DNA of 17,443 bases, taken from contig JAVZYR010000013.1 in NCBI GenBank assembly GCA_038999435.1, positions 1-17,443 of the forward strand, read 5' to 3'. The notes beneath the pieces are model-generated. The model was given only the letters and a program-made list of their open reading frames with translations, searched no databases and was not told the origin of the DNA. This document shows, one piece after another, positions 1 to 9,658 of this stretch. Within the stretch, counting starts at the first letter, position 1; each line of letters starts with the position of its first letter. The position numbers were made by a program, and so were the translations under genes. Source of the stretch: Candidatus Aenigmatarchaeota archaeon. Its GTDB lineage: Archaea > Aenigmatarchaeota > Aenigmatarchaeia > QMZP01.

Positions 1-2298
1 AAGCTGATTTTCTATATAATATTGATGGTCAATGGGTATCTTTTTTTCTTTTACCCAAATTGGATCTTCTGCCCTCTTTGAAATGTTCTGTGTCCCCTTT
101 ACAATCACATATCCGACCCTATCACCAATATCAGGCACTGAGCCACCCCTACTTTTTATTTTTTTCACAACCTCTATGTGAGGTTGTATGCCATCATACG
201 CCTTTGGCGCCTTTGTAATAGTTTTTGTTATCGTAAGATCGGATATGTCTATCTCTCCGCGCATTAGCATCTCTGATATCTCCCTAAATCTCTTTATAGC
301 TGCCTTAACATCATTTTTCTTAAAAACAATCTCAAGTATCTCTTTTAACACTTTTTCAACAAGTGGGCACCAATCACGTCTTATTGTTTCAATACCTTTT
401 GTTACAATAGTATAATCATAGCCATCTTCTTTCTCTATAATAGCAAGACCTGCATACCTTTTCTTTGTTAATGGTAAAAATCTCAACAAAACTTTTTCAA
501 ATTCCAATTCAATACCTTTAGGAAGCTGTGATGTTATGTTTTCAGCAAGTTCCCTACCTCTTTTAATAACCTCTTCGATATCTTTTCCAGGAATTTCAAC
601 AAAAACAGAATCTGTATCACCATAAACAACCCTAAAACCGTATCCACTTTCTATCAAACTTTTTGTTTTTATTATCATATCTCTGCCAAAGGATGTTATA
701 GCATTTGCAATATCAAGATTGAATAATCTTGACCGAGTATAGCCAAAGTAGCCATAAAATGCATTTGCAAGTATTTTTAATGCCCATTGATGTGCATCGA
801 GACTTCTTTTTATTACCTCATTCTTTTCAGATTTTAGTTGTTTTTTGACTTTTTGTCTTCTTATCATCAATTCATCAACTATTAATGGAATAATACCTTG
901 TTTTTTTTCAGGGGAAAGAAATCTTACACCAGAAGGTGCTATAATATCTCCATTTTTGCACAATGTGGTTGGACAAATGTTAAATGTCTTTATAATTGAT
1001 GGGTACATTGATTTGAAATCTAAAACAACAACATTAGAATGCAAACCTTTTATCGGCTCGAGAACCTCACCACCTTCCAAACCACTCCCTTTAATTTCTA
1101 CTGATGGTTTACATGGTAACACATAGCCATTTTCATTAAATTTTCTTAATAAAAAGTTTTCTATTTTGGTTGATTCTCCACCTTCAAATGCATCCTGTAA
1201 TAATATACCTGAAATAGCAGACAGGGCAAAATACTTATCAAATAAATGCAACTTTTCAACAAGTTCTAATAAAAGTAAAGAGTCTATTTTGTTGTATTCT
1301 ACAAGCCTTTGAAATTCCTCATCATTACCATACCAGAATTGTCTAATTTTTGACAATCTAAGTACTTCTTTCTTTCCTTCCCCTAACAACGCTCGACATA
1401 CAAAATCCAAATCGTATTTATAAAGAGGGAAATCCTTTTTGACAATCTCAAAAATATCTGCAACAACCCTTCCAGGTATAGAGACCCTGTGTTTTATTCC
1501 AATCTTCCTTGCACTTACAGCTTTTTGTCTACATCTTCCAAACAAAGGCTTTATACCATACTGTGACATTCTTTCAAGTATGTATGGAATGTCAAAATTA
1601 TTGCAGTTATAACCACATATGATATCCGGGTCATATCCGTTCACAATCTTTATGAACTCCTCGAGCATCTCTTTTTCATCACTGAAAAAATTTACCCCTT
1701 TACCACGTCTTGTTGAAAGTATGATATTTTCCTTTCCCTCGTATTTCTGGTTAAATGCAAAGGATATGAGGATAATTGGATCATTTTTTGCTTCTGGTTT
1801 TTTCCCAGTTTCTGATACACATTCTATATCAAAAGCAAGTATTTTTAGATTAACATTTCTTTCCTGTACTATCGGCACAATCTTCTTTGCCTTTATAGAT
1901 TTTATCGGCACAATTTGTGTATTAACAGGTTCTCCTTCTACATCTATCCATCCCATACCAACAAGGCCATTATCAATCATAAATCTGTAGTTGAAGAGTA
2001 TATCTGCTTCGTATGTTTTTATTCCGGCTTGCCTCAATCTTTCTCGCCACAAAGGTACATCTGCAGGATTTTTAACTTTTATTAAATAGAGTTTTGTTTT
2101 TCCCTTTCCAATTACCTCTTTTTCAACAATTTTTGCATCCAAATCCTTTTCAAACCCATCTATACTTTCTGCGTAAAAATATGGCTCAAAATCATGACAG
2201 AATATGCATACTGGACCACTATCATTTCTTGCAAAAATCCTTATTATTGGCCCATCATTACCAGAAATATAATCAACATCAATTATTTGTGCAATCAT
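1..2298 (-). CDS. polB: Family B DNA polymerase (archaeal PolB), 3' end beyond the window edge
   Basis: Not in the ORF track. Hand translation from ATG 2298 (MIAQIIDVDYISGNDGPIIRIFAR) gives ExoI FDIEC, ExoII GYNCNNFD, ExoIII YNKID, motif A DFKSMYPSII, motif B KILANAFYGY, motif C YGDTDS, and YYIENQL in the same frame at position 1. N-terminal uracil-pocket-type residues (DY, EPYFY, PADVP, EADI) are present. No intein seen. Confidence 0.97.
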   Translation of the reverse strand, partial: MIAQIIDVDYISGNDGPIIRIFARNDSGPVCIFCHDFEPYFYAESIDGFEKDLDAKIVEKEVIGKGKTKLYLIKVKNPADVPLWRERLRQAGIKTYEADILFNYRFMIDNGLVGMGWIDVEGEPVNTQIVPIKSIKAKKIVPIVQERNVNLKILAFDIECVSETGKKPEAKNDPIILISFAFNQKYEGKENIILSTRRGKGVNFFSDEKEMLEEFIKIVNGYDPDIICGYNCNNFDIPYILERMSQYGIKPLFGRCRQKAVSARKIGIKHRVSIPGRVVADIFEIVKKDFPLYKYDLDFVCRALLGEGKKEVLRLSKIRQFWYGNDEEFQRLVEYNKIDSLLLLELVEKLHLFDKYFALSAISGILLQDAFEGGESTKIENFLLRKFNENGYVLPCKPSVEIKGSGLEGGEVLEPIKGLHSNVVVLDFKSMYPSIIKTFNICPTTLCKNGDIIAPSGVRFLSPEKKQGIIPLIVDELMIRRQKVKKQLKSEKNEVIKRSLDAHQWALKILANAFYGYFGYTRSRLFNLDIANAITSFGRDMIIKTKSLIESGYGFRVVYGDTDSVFVEIPGKDIEEVIKRGRELAENITSQLPKGIELEFEKVLLRFLPLTKKRYAGLAIIEKEDGYDYTIVTKGIETIRRDWCPLVEKVLKEILEIVFKKNDVKAAIKRFREISEMLMRGEIDISDLTITKTITKAPKAYDGIQPHIEVVKKIKSRGGSVPDIGDRVGYVIVKGTQNISKRAEDPIWVKEKKIPIDHQYYIENQL

Positions 2299-2330
2299 AA
2301 TTTTGATTAGGTTTAAAATTAAAATAATTT

Positions 2331-2639
2331 ATGAGGATAGATCCAAATCAGATTGAAAAGCTTGCAAAAAAATTGGGATTGAAAACAGAACAGATATCTG
2401 CAGATGAGGTTATCATAAAGACTGCAAACAAAGATATAATAATAAAAAAACCACAGATAACAAAAATGATATTTGCTGGACAGGAGACGTTTCAGATTTC
2501 TGGTGAAGTTCAAGAAGGGATAAAAGAGGAAGATATAGCACTTGTTATGCAAAAAACAGGTGTAAGCAGAGAAGAAGCAGAAAAGGCATTAAAAAAGGAA
2601 GGTGATATTGCCAAAGCAATAATTTCACTTAAAAAATAA
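2331..2639 (+). CDS. nac: Nascent polypeptide-associated complex protein (archaeal NAC: NAC domain plus UBA-like C-terminus)
   Basis: 102 aa. KKLG...EVIIK...PQITKM...GQETFQISG NAC domain followed by the EEDIALVMQKTGVSREEAEKALK.EGDIAKAI UBA-like tail. Confidence 0.95.
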   Translation: MRIDPNQIEKLAKKLGLKTEQISADEVIIKTANKDIIIKKPQITKMIFAGQETFQISGEVQEGIKEEDIALVMQKTGVSREEAEKALKKEGDIAKAIISLKK

Positions 2640-4067
2640 ACTTCTCAGCACATCATCAAGCTTTTTTATTTCAACCCTTTTTTGTGACTGATCATTTCTA
2701 TTTCTTATTGTAACCGTATCATCTTCGAGTGTTTGATGGTCTATTGTTATGCAGAATGGCGTTCCAATTTCATCTTGTCGATAATAAAGCCGGCCTATGA
2801 AACCCTCATCATATACAACAAACCAACCTTTAGATTTGAGCATGTTATACACCTCTTTTGCCTTTTCAGGCAAGCCATCTTTGGAAACAAGAGGGAATAC
2901 TGCCATCTGATAAGGCGAGATAAGCGGAGGAAAAGAAAAATATATTCTTTTTTTATCTGCTTTTAGACAAGATTCCATAAGAGAAAAAAGCGGTCTATCT
3001 ATACCAAATGCAACCTCTATAACATGAGGTATGATCTTTTTTCCATTATAATCTATAGTTAAATCCGCACCTGATAGCTGTGCATGTCTTGATAGGTCGT
3101 AATCTGTTCTGTCTGATATCCCAACAAGTTCGATGCGGCCAAATATGTCAGATAAAAATTCTATATCCCATGTATCAAGAGAGTAAAATGCACGCTCTGT
3201 ATCTTTATGTTGTCGAGCACACAGTCTGTTTCTATCAATACCCATCTTTTCGAAAATCTGCACACACCTCCCAACCCAATATGCAATCCATTCTGATGTA
3301 TACTGTTTAAGTTCAGAAACCCTAATCATTTTTTCTTTTTTCCAATCCTTTTTAAGGCATGATATTTTTTCATTCTCAACATCGCTAAATTTTGGATGTT
3401 TTGCCTTCATATCAGGAGCAAGGAAAAATTGTGCTTCTGCCTGTGAAAATTCTCTGAGCCTTACAACCGCCTTTCTTGGTGATATCTCATTTCTAAATGA
3501 TTTTCCTATTTGCAAAACACCAAAAGGAAGATTCTTTCTACCAATCTCATATAATCTTTTGAATGACATGTAAGTTACCTGTGCTGTTTCTGGCCTAAGT
3601 GCACCACTTATCTTTCTTTTTCCAGGTCCTATCTCTGTTTTAAACATAAGGTTGTAATCATAAACAGAGCCAAGTTTCCCCCCACATTTTGGACAGGATA
3701 TTTTCGCATTTTCAATTTCTTTCTGTATTTGACCAAGAGACATACCATCCGTTTTTATCCCTCTTTCCTCCTCAAGTAAATGGTCTGCTCTGTATGCCTC
3801 ACCACATGTCTGGCATTCAATTGTAAAATCTGTAAAAAATTCCATATGCCTTGATGCAACCCACGGGTCTTGTGTTGTGAGTATCGGGCCCTCAAAAAGA
3901 AGACATCCTTCATCGATAACAAAAACCTTTCTTAAAAAATCTTCTATTCTCATTTTCAAAAGTGCTCCTACAGGGCCATATTCATAGAAACCAGAGCAAC
4001 CTTGATATATCTCAAATGCAGGCCAAAAAAACCCCCTTCTCTTTGCAATCTCAAGCAAATCTTTCAT
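2625..4067 (-). CDS. glyS: Glycine--tRNA ligase (homodimeric archaeal/eukaryal type)
   Basis: RRGFFWPAFEIY.G..GFYEYGP.G, LRPETAQ, QIGKSFRNEISPR...RLREFSQAE, PHVIEVAFGIDR, anticodon domain IGRLYYRQDEIGTPFCITID, and two CxxC pairs. ATG 4067 is preferred to TTG 4076 because a TTTTAATA box lies 30-23 nt upstream of it. Confidence 0.96.
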   Translation of the reverse strand: MKDLLEIAKRRGFFWPAFEIYQGCSGFYEYGPVGALLKMRIEDFLRKVFVIDEGCLLFEGPILTTQDPWVASRHMEFFTDFTIECQTCGEAYRADHLLEEERGIKTDGMSLGQIQKEIENAKISCPKCGGKLGSVYDYNLMFKTEIGPGKRKISGALRPETAQVTYMSFKRLYEIGRKNLPFGVLQIGKSFRNEISPRKAVVRLREFSQAEAQFFLAPDMKAKHPKFSDVENEKISCLKKDWKKEKMIRVSELKQYTSEWIAYWVGRCVQIFEKMGIDRNRLCARQHKDTERAFYSLDTWDIEFLSDIFGRIELVGISDRTDYDLSRHAQLSGADLTIDYNGKKIIPHVIEVAFGIDRPLFSLMESCLKADKKRIYFSFPPLISPYQMAVFPLVSKDGLPEKAKEVYNMLKSKGWFVVYDEGFIGRLYYRQDEIGTPFCITIDHQTLEDDTVTIRNRNDQSQKRVEIKKLDDVLRSLFFK

Positions 4068-4089
4068 ATCATACAAAAAACATTGCTGA

Positions 4090-4120
4090 TATTAAAATCC
4101 AATGATAAGTTCATATAAAT
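4090..4120. promoter_or_regulatory. Divergent TATA boxes for glyS (minus, TTTTAATA 4097-4090) and the PHP gene (plus, TATAAAT 4114-4120)
   Basis: Each box lies about 30-23 nt upstream of its ATG, the archaeal spacing for leaderless or near-leaderless mRNAs. Confidence 0.55.
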
Positions 4121-4142
4121 AATTTCATTTACATTTAAAATT

Positions 4143-4757
4143 ATGTTGTCAGACATTCATATCCACAGCGAATATTCAGAAGATTCTAATTCTAAGATAG
4201 AGGATATAATAAAAATCGCAAAAAGAAGAGGACTTGATGCAATTTCAATCACAGATCATGGCACTGTTGAAGGTTCTCTTCGCGCAGCAAAGATTGCAAG
4301 AGGTATAAAAATCATACCTGGCCAAGAAATAAAAACAAAACAAGGCGAAATACTTGTTTATAATTTAACCCATGATGTGAAGGAAAATATGGATATAACA
4401 AAAACATGTAAAAAAATAAAAAGAGAGGGTGGTCAAATTTTCATCCCACATCCTTTTGACATAACAAGAAAATCTGTAAATAATAAAATAGCATCTATTT
4501 TGAATTTAATTGATGGCATAGAATCTTTTAACTCAAGAACACCATTTCCATTCAATGTAAAAGCACAAATCTATGCAAAATCATATGGTATTCCTACTTC
4601 TGCTGGCTCTGATGCACATTTTATTTCTGAAATAGGAAAATGTGCAGTAAAAATTTATGGTAATCCAAGTCTTTCAAAAATAAAAATAAAAAGGATGTGC
4701 TATTCTTATTCTGGAAGGATCTGTTCAACAATTTATAAATTTCTAAAACCAATCTAA
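4143..4757 (+). CDS. PHP-family metal-dependent phosphoesterase
   Basis: DIHIHS, ITDH, GQEI, IPHPF, IESFNSR and GSDAH motifs of stand-alone PHP domains. Confidence 0.9.
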   Translation: MLSDIHIHSEYSEDSNSKIEDIIKIAKRRGLDAISITDHGTVEGSLRAAKIARGIKIIPGQEIKTKQGEILVYNLTHDVKENMDITKTCKKIKREGGQIFIPHPFDITRKSVNNKIASILNLIDGIESFNSRTPFPFNVKAQIYAKSYGIPTSAGSDAHFISEIGKCAVKIYGNPSLSKIKIKRMCYSYSGRICSTIYKFLKPI

Positions 4758-4761
4758 TTTT

Positions 4762-6015
4762 ATGAAAGCAACATCCATCGCTAAAGCACTTACAGTAATC
4801 TTTTTTGGTGGGATATCATGCTTCTATCTATGTACGTTACTTGGTTTTTTAGGCCTTGTTTCATTCTTTGCATCAATATCAATAGCCTTTTTTTTACTTG
4901 GTAAAAGATGGGAGATGAGACTAAAAAGACCTGCATTGAAAGACGAGCCATTTGTCTCAATCATAATTCCTGCATTTAGATCAGAGGAGTATATAAAAGA
5001 TACAATAATTGCTGCAAAGGCTTTGGATTGGAATAAGAAAGAGATAATTGTTATTAATGACAGCAGAGATAGAACACCACAAATATGCAAAGAATTGGGT
5101 GTCAGGTGTATTCAAAATAAAAAAAGACTTGGAAAAGCGATCTCACTTAACAAAGCATTGAAATATGCAAAAGGTGATTTTGTATTTTTTATAGATTCCG
5201 ATACTGTAGTAGAAAAGGACTGCCTTAAAAAAATGATACCTTGGTTTTCTGATAAAAGGATTGCTGTGGTAGCACCAAAGTATCTCACAAAAAATACAGA
5301 AAACATTATTGCAAAGTTTACTTTACTTGAAAATATATTCAATCAAAACCTTTGTAAAATACACATGCTTTTTGGAGGTATGCCTGCATTTAGAGGTTGC
5401 GCAGTTATTATAAGAAAGGATGTCTTGCTAAAAGTTGGAGGTTGGCCAAAAACACTTTCTGAGGACCTTTCATTGTCAAGGCTCATTATTCAAAAAGGTT
5501 TTAAAATACATTTCGATCCTACAACAACAGTATACACAATTGAACCAAACAGTATCAAGTCATTGTCAAAACAAAGAAAGAGATGGGGAAGGATGGCATT
5601 TTATGAATTTTATGATAATAAAAGTTATTATCTAAAAAACCCACAATTTTTTATTCACACATTTCCAGTTATATTTTCTTTTCTCGTATTTACAGGTGCT
5701 ATTTTATGGCAAACAGTTGTAATATTACCAATTGCAGCATATCTTTTTTATATTTCAGCAGCAAAAGAGATATTGGCAATATTTTTATATCTTCTCTTTT
5801 CAACAATTGCTAATCTTTCAGTACCTCTTGGTCCATCATTTGCTGCATACACAGCCATCCTCAGTATACCTGAGACAAAAAAAGATGCATTTTTAATATT
5901 TCCATATCTGTTAATTTATGTACCCATTGCAACATTGTTGTATGCAAGGGCAATCTTAATAGGCCTTTTTGACAGGATTAGGAAAAAACCCGAATTTGAT
6001 TTTTCTTTCTGGTGA
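4762..6015 (+). CDS. Membrane GT2 glycosyltransferase of the processive (cellulose/PNAG synthase-like) type
   Basis: VSIIIPA, VINDS, KAISLN, FIDSD (DxD), LSEDL (TED-like) and QRKRW (QxxRW), with hydrophobic segments at both termini. Confidence 0.9.
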   Translation: MKATSIAKALTVIFFGGISCFYLCTLLGFLGLVSFFASISIAFFLLGKRWEMRLKRPALKDEPFVSIIIPAFRSEEYIKDTIIAAKALDWNKKEIIVINDSRDRTPQICKELGVRCIQNKKRLGKAISLNKALKYAKGDFVFFIDSDTVVEKDCLKKMIPWFSDKRIAVVAPKYLTKNTENIIAKFTLLENIFNQNLCKIHMLFGGMPAFRGCAVIIRKDVLLKVGGWPKTLSEDLSLSRLIIQKGFKIHFDPTTTVYTIEPNSIKSLSKQRKRWGRMAFYEFYDNKSYYLKNPQFFIHTFPVIFSFLVFTGAILWQTVVILPIAAYLFYISAAKEILAIFLYLLFSTIANLSVPLGPSFAAYTAILSIPETKKDAFLIFPYLLIYVPIATLLYARAILIGLFDRIRKKPEFDFSFW

Positions 6016-6018
6016 AAT

Positions 6019-7248
6019 ATGAAAAGATATATCTTGACAAAAGAAGGGATGACATATGCCAAAATAGGTTTGCCAGAAACAAGGCTGCTAAAATTAAAAT
6101 TTCCTATTTCAATTAAAGATGCTAAAAAAACAGTACAAGAACTTAATATTGCAATACAATGGGCAAAGAAAAAAGGATGGATTAAGATAAGTGATGGTAA
6201 AATAATTTTATTAAAAAAACCAGAAAAGTTTGAAGAGGAAGAGGCCCTTAAAAAAATAGCCCAAGGGAAATACTCAGATATATCAAAAAATTTTATTGAG
6301 ATACTGCTCAAAAGAAAGTTGATAGAGCCTGAAAGGGCAAGAGTAGAAAAAATAAAAGAGCTTACATCAGAACATCTAAAAACTGGTGCATGGAAAGAAG
6401 CAGAGATAGTTCCTTATAATGTAAAGGTTCCAGGGGAACAGATATTTCCAGGAAAGCATCATATTCTTACTGCTTGGATTAAAAAAATAAGAGAAATATT
6501 TTTTGATCTTGGTTTTGAAGAAAAAGAAGGTCCTCTCATAGAAAATGCATTTTGGAACTTTGATGCACTTTTTGTTCCACAAGATCATCCAGCAAGAGAA
6601 CTTGCTGCAACATTTTATATGTCAAATCCAAAAGAGTTAGGTTTGCCCGACAAAAGGCTTATCGATGAGGTTAGAAGAACACATGAGAATGGTGGGGCAA
6701 CAGGCTCTGTAGGATGGCAGTATAAATGGGACCAGAGGCTTGCAAGTCAGGCAATCCTCAGAACACACACAACATCTGTTTCTGCAAGGGCGCTGAGTGA
6801 GATAGAACCCCCTGCAAAGATTTTCAGTATAGGTCGTGTATTTAGAAATGAGACAATAGACTATAAACATCTACCAGAATTCACACAGATAGAAGGTATT
6901 GTTGTGGATGAAAATGTCAGTTTTAGGGACTTGCTTGGCTATCTTAAAGAATTCTATGTTAGACTTGGTTTTAAAAAAATCAGATTTAGACCTGCATATT
7001 TTCCATATACAGAAATGTCTGTCGAGCCAGAGGTTTATTTTGAAGAAAGAGGGGAGTGGCTTGAGCTCGGTGGTGCAGGTATATTCAGACCAGAGGTCAC
7101 AAGACCACTTGGCGTTGATTGCCCTGTACTTGCATGGGGTCTTGGACTTGAAAGGCCTATAATGCTAAGGCTTGGTATAAAAGATATAAGAACATTTTAT
7201 TATCAAAACGATCTAAAATTTTTGAGAGAGGTAAAATTATGGCTGTAA
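6019..7248 (+). CDS. pheS: Phenylalanine--tRNA ligase alpha subunit (N-terminally shortened)
   Basis: FWNFDALFVPQDHPARE, LRTHTT, GRVFRNETIDYKHLPEFTQIEG, FRPAYFPYTEMS, WLELGGAGIFRPEV, AWGLGLER. Confidence 0.97.
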   Translation: MKRYILTKEGMTYAKIGLPETRLLKLKFPISIKDAKKTVQELNIAIQWAKKKGWIKISDGKIILLKKPEKFEEEEALKKIAQGKYSDISKNFIEILLKRKLIEPERARVEKIKELTSEHLKTGAWKEAEIVPYNVKVPGEQIFPGKHHILTAWIKKIREIFFDLGFEEKEGPLIENAFWNFDALFVPQDHPARELAATFYMSNPKELGLPDKRLIDEVRRTHENGGATGSVGWQYKWDQRLASQAILRTHTTSVSARALSEIEPPAKIFSIGRVFRNETIDYKHLPEFTQIEGIVVDENVSFRDLLGYLKEFYVRLGFKKIRFRPAYFPYTEMSVEPEVYFEERGEWLELGGAGIFRPEVTRPLGVDCPVLAWGLGLERPIMLRLGIKDIRTFYYQNDLKFLREVKLWL

Positions 7249-8882
7249 TAGAGATAGAAAAAGCTGATTTGGAATCGCTTGTTGGGAAAAAGCTAACAGA
7301 AAAGGATTACAAAGAGAGGATACCTATGATTGGTTGTCCACTTGAAAAAATGGATAATAAAAAGGTATGGTATGAAATATTCCCAAACAGACCAGATATG
7401 CTTGCAGTTGAGGGTTTTGCTCGGGCTGTAAGACATTTTTTCGGTATCTCAAAGCCAAACCTTGCATATCCGGTCGATTTTATGAAAGCTGAGATAATAG
7501 TTGACAGCTCTGTAAAGACAGTAAGGCCTGAAATATGTGCTGCTATTTTAAAAAATGTTCAGCTTACAGACAGCTTGATCGCATCGCTTATGCAGGCCCA
7601 AGAGAAGATACACGAAACATTTGGGCGAAAGAGGACAAAAGTTGCAATAGGTGTGCATGATGTGAGCAACATCGTATGGCCTTTGAGGTATAAAGCAGTA
7701 CCACCATCTACTGTTAGTTTTATCCCACTCAATTCAGAAAAACAGATGAATCTTTATGAAATATGTAAACAACATCCAAAAGGTATAGAATATGGCTGGA
7801 TATTGAAAAAAAGCAATTTCTGGCCTGTCATTTTTGATGCAAAGGATAGGGTTATATCATTCCCGCCAATAATAAATTCTAATTTAACAAAAGTGAAAGA
7901 AGATACAAAGAATATTTTGGTTGAGGTTACAGGGATGCATCCATTAGCAACAAAACTCGCACTAAACATACTTGTTACAGCAATATACGAAAGAGGATGT
8001 AAAATAGAGGCAGTAAAAATTGGAGAGAAATGGACACCTGATCTTGAGCCAAAAAAAATGAAGATTGACATAGGATATGTTAACAAACTTCTTGACCTTG
8101 ATATCAAAGAATGGGAACTCAAACCAGTTCTACAAAAAATGGGGCTTGAATGGGAGGATGGGCATGTCCTAATCCCACCATACAGGGCCGATATCATGCA
8201 TGAGATAGATATCGTTGAAGACATAGCCATAGGGTGGGGTTATGAAAGGTTTGAACCAAAACTACCACATATACAAACAATAGCAAAAAGGGATGAGAGA
8301 AACGAGATTATCGCATTTCTTAAAGAAATTTTGATTGGTTTTGGTTTGCAAGAAGTTACTGGTATGATATTGACAAATGAAAAAAGCGAATTTAAAATGA
8401 TGGAAAGGAGCGAAAGTAAGACATGTCAAACTGCAAACCCACTAAGTTCGGAGTGTACAATATGCCGGAAGTCTATTTTACCATCTCTTCTTAAGGTTTT
8501 AAGCCAAAACAGACATTATCCATTCCCTCAAAATATCTTTGAGATTGGTGATGTGTTGATACCAGATAAGGAAATCATGCAAAGAAAAAAATTGGCTGTG
8601 GCAATCTCTGATGAAAGAATAAATTATTATCAAATTGCAAATATACTCAGTTCATTTATGAAAAACATAGGTATAGAATATGAAATAAGAGAAACAAAAG
8701 ATAGTAGTTTTATAAAAGGAAGAACAGGGGCAATATTTATATTTAAAACACAAATTGGATTGATAGGAGAGATAAATCCAGCTGTGCTTGAAAATTGGAA
8801 AATTTGCACACCTGTTGCTGCATTCGAAATAGACCTTGAAAAAATAATAGATTATCTTGCAAGCCAACCAAAGATTTTGTGA
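7239..8882 (+). CDS. pheT: Phenylalanine--tRNA ligase beta subunit (archaeal type)
   Basis: PNRPDML.VEGFAR, GRKR.KVAIG.HD, SFPPIINS, PPYRADIMHEIDIVEDIAIGWGY, IFEIGDV. Overlaps pheS by 10 nt, with GAGGT upstream of the ATG. Confidence 0.96.
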   Translation: MAVIEIEKADLESLVGKKLTEKDYKERIPMIGCPLEKMDNKKVWYEIFPNRPDMLAVEGFARAVRHFFGISKPNLAYPVDFMKAEIIVDSSVKTVRPEICAAILKNVQLTDSLIASLMQAQEKIHETFGRKRTKVAIGVHDVSNIVWPLRYKAVPPSTVSFIPLNSEKQMNLYEICKQHPKGIEYGWILKKSNFWPVIFDAKDRVISFPPIINSNLTKVKEDTKNILVEVTGMHPLATKLALNILVTAIYERGCKIEAVKIGEKWTPDLEPKKMKIDIGYVNKLLDLDIKEWELKPVLQKMGLEWEDGHVLIPPYRADIMHEIDIVEDIAIGWGYERFEPKLPHIQTIAKRDERNEIIAFLKEILIGFGLQEVTGMILTNEKSEFKMMERSESKTCQTANPLSSECTICRKSILPSLLKVLSQNRHYPFPQNIFEIGDVLIPDKEIMQRKKLAVAISDERINYYQIANILSSFMKNIGIEYEIRETKDSSFIKGRTGAIFIFKTQIGLIGEINPAVLENWKICTPVAAFEIDLEKIIDYLASQPKIL

Positions 8883-9613
8883 ATAAATACCGGACCAGGT
8901 CTATAATCAATATCTGCTATTTTTGCTGCAAGATGTTTAAATTGTAAGGCAGCCTTTGAGCTTGGACTGTGTAGCACAACAGGTACCTTTTCAGCTATTG
9001 CCTTTTGCACTGCTCTATCTTCTGATATTTTGGCTATGACAGGTACACCAAGAAATTCTTCTATCTCGTCAGTTGTCCATTCGTGTGATTTTCCGCTAAC
9101 CCTATTTACAACAACACCAAGATTTACTGTTCCATACCTTTCCGCAAATCTTATTAGTTTTAATGCATCGGTTAAGGCAGGAAGCTCAGGATTTGTGACA
9201 ATCAACAGCTCATCGGCAGCATCAAGGACAGAAAGAGCTTCTTGGCATAGTCCTGCTGCAGAATCAATTAGTATAAAATCATTATCTTTTACTATACCAT
9301 TTAAAATATCCAAGAGATGACCTGCTTTTGGCGACATCACTTTTTTCACCGAAACATCAGCTGGCACCACCTTAAATCCAGCTGGATGTCTCCATATCAC
9401 AGATTCAAGTTTTGCCTTCTTTTTTATAACATCTTGTAATGATGGCCTTGTTACGGGTACGCCTAAATGAAGACCGAGATTTGATGTTGTAAGATTACCA
9501 TCTATTATTATGACAGATTTTCCAAAACCACTAAGAGCAGCAGCTAAATTTGCAACTGTTGTTGTTTTGCCAACACCACCTTTACCAGAGCTTATTGTTA
9601 CTATCCTTCCCAT
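8852..9613 (-). CDS. minD: MinD-family P-loop ATPase (archaeal cell-division ATPase MinD)
   Basis: Deviant Walker A SGKGGVGKTT, IDSAAG, LIVTNPELPALTDA, GVVVNRV, and an amphipathic C-terminus FIHKIFGWLAR. Confidence 0.9.
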   Translation of the reverse strand: MGRIVTISSGKGGVGKTTTVANLAAALSGFGKSVIIIDGNLTTSNLGLHLGVPVTRPSLQDVIKKKAKLESVIWRHPAGFKVVPADVSVKKVMSPKAGHLLDILNGIVKDNDFILIDSAAGLCQEALSVLDAADELLIVTNPELPALTDALKLIRFAERYGTVNLGVVVNRVSGKSHEWTTDEIEEFLGVPVIAKISEDRAVQKAIAEKVPVVLHSPSSKAALQFKHLAAKIADIDYRPGPVFIHKIFGWLAR

Positions 9614-9634
9614 ATTATTTTTTGTGTAGACATG

Positions 9635-9650
9635 CTTAAATACCTTTTGG
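9635..9650 (-). promoter_or_regulatory. BRE-TATA promoter of minD
   Basis: Minus strand CCAAAAGG-TATTTAAG, with the TATA at -29 to -22 relative to the ATG at 9613. Confidence 0.7.
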
Positions 9651-9658
9651 TAGTAAAA

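Noticed and set aside
601..1080. Intein, split or inactivated PolB; LEGG in place of the Y-x-G-G/A motif
   Set aside because: Motifs A, B and C are intact, contiguous and normally spaced. A single Tyr-to-Leu change is too weak to claim altered function.
1870..1914. 12-bp direct repeat TATCGGCACAAT (1870-1881 and 1903-1914) in polB
   Set aside because: It encodes IVPI twice in a variable linker. Two short copies do not support a repeat element.
188..2300. Plus-strand ORFs 188-415, 845-1126, 1619-1990 and 2094-2300
   Set aside because: Antisense shadows of polB with no recognisable motifs. The same applies to the other short ORFs lying opposite or inside the genes called above.
6013..6021. 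GT2 and pheS are in the same frame, separated by TGA-AAT (possible readthrough fusion)
   Set aside because: Both proteins are complete on their own, pheS has its own ATG, and TGA is used as a normal stop elsewhere (pheS, pheT, secE).
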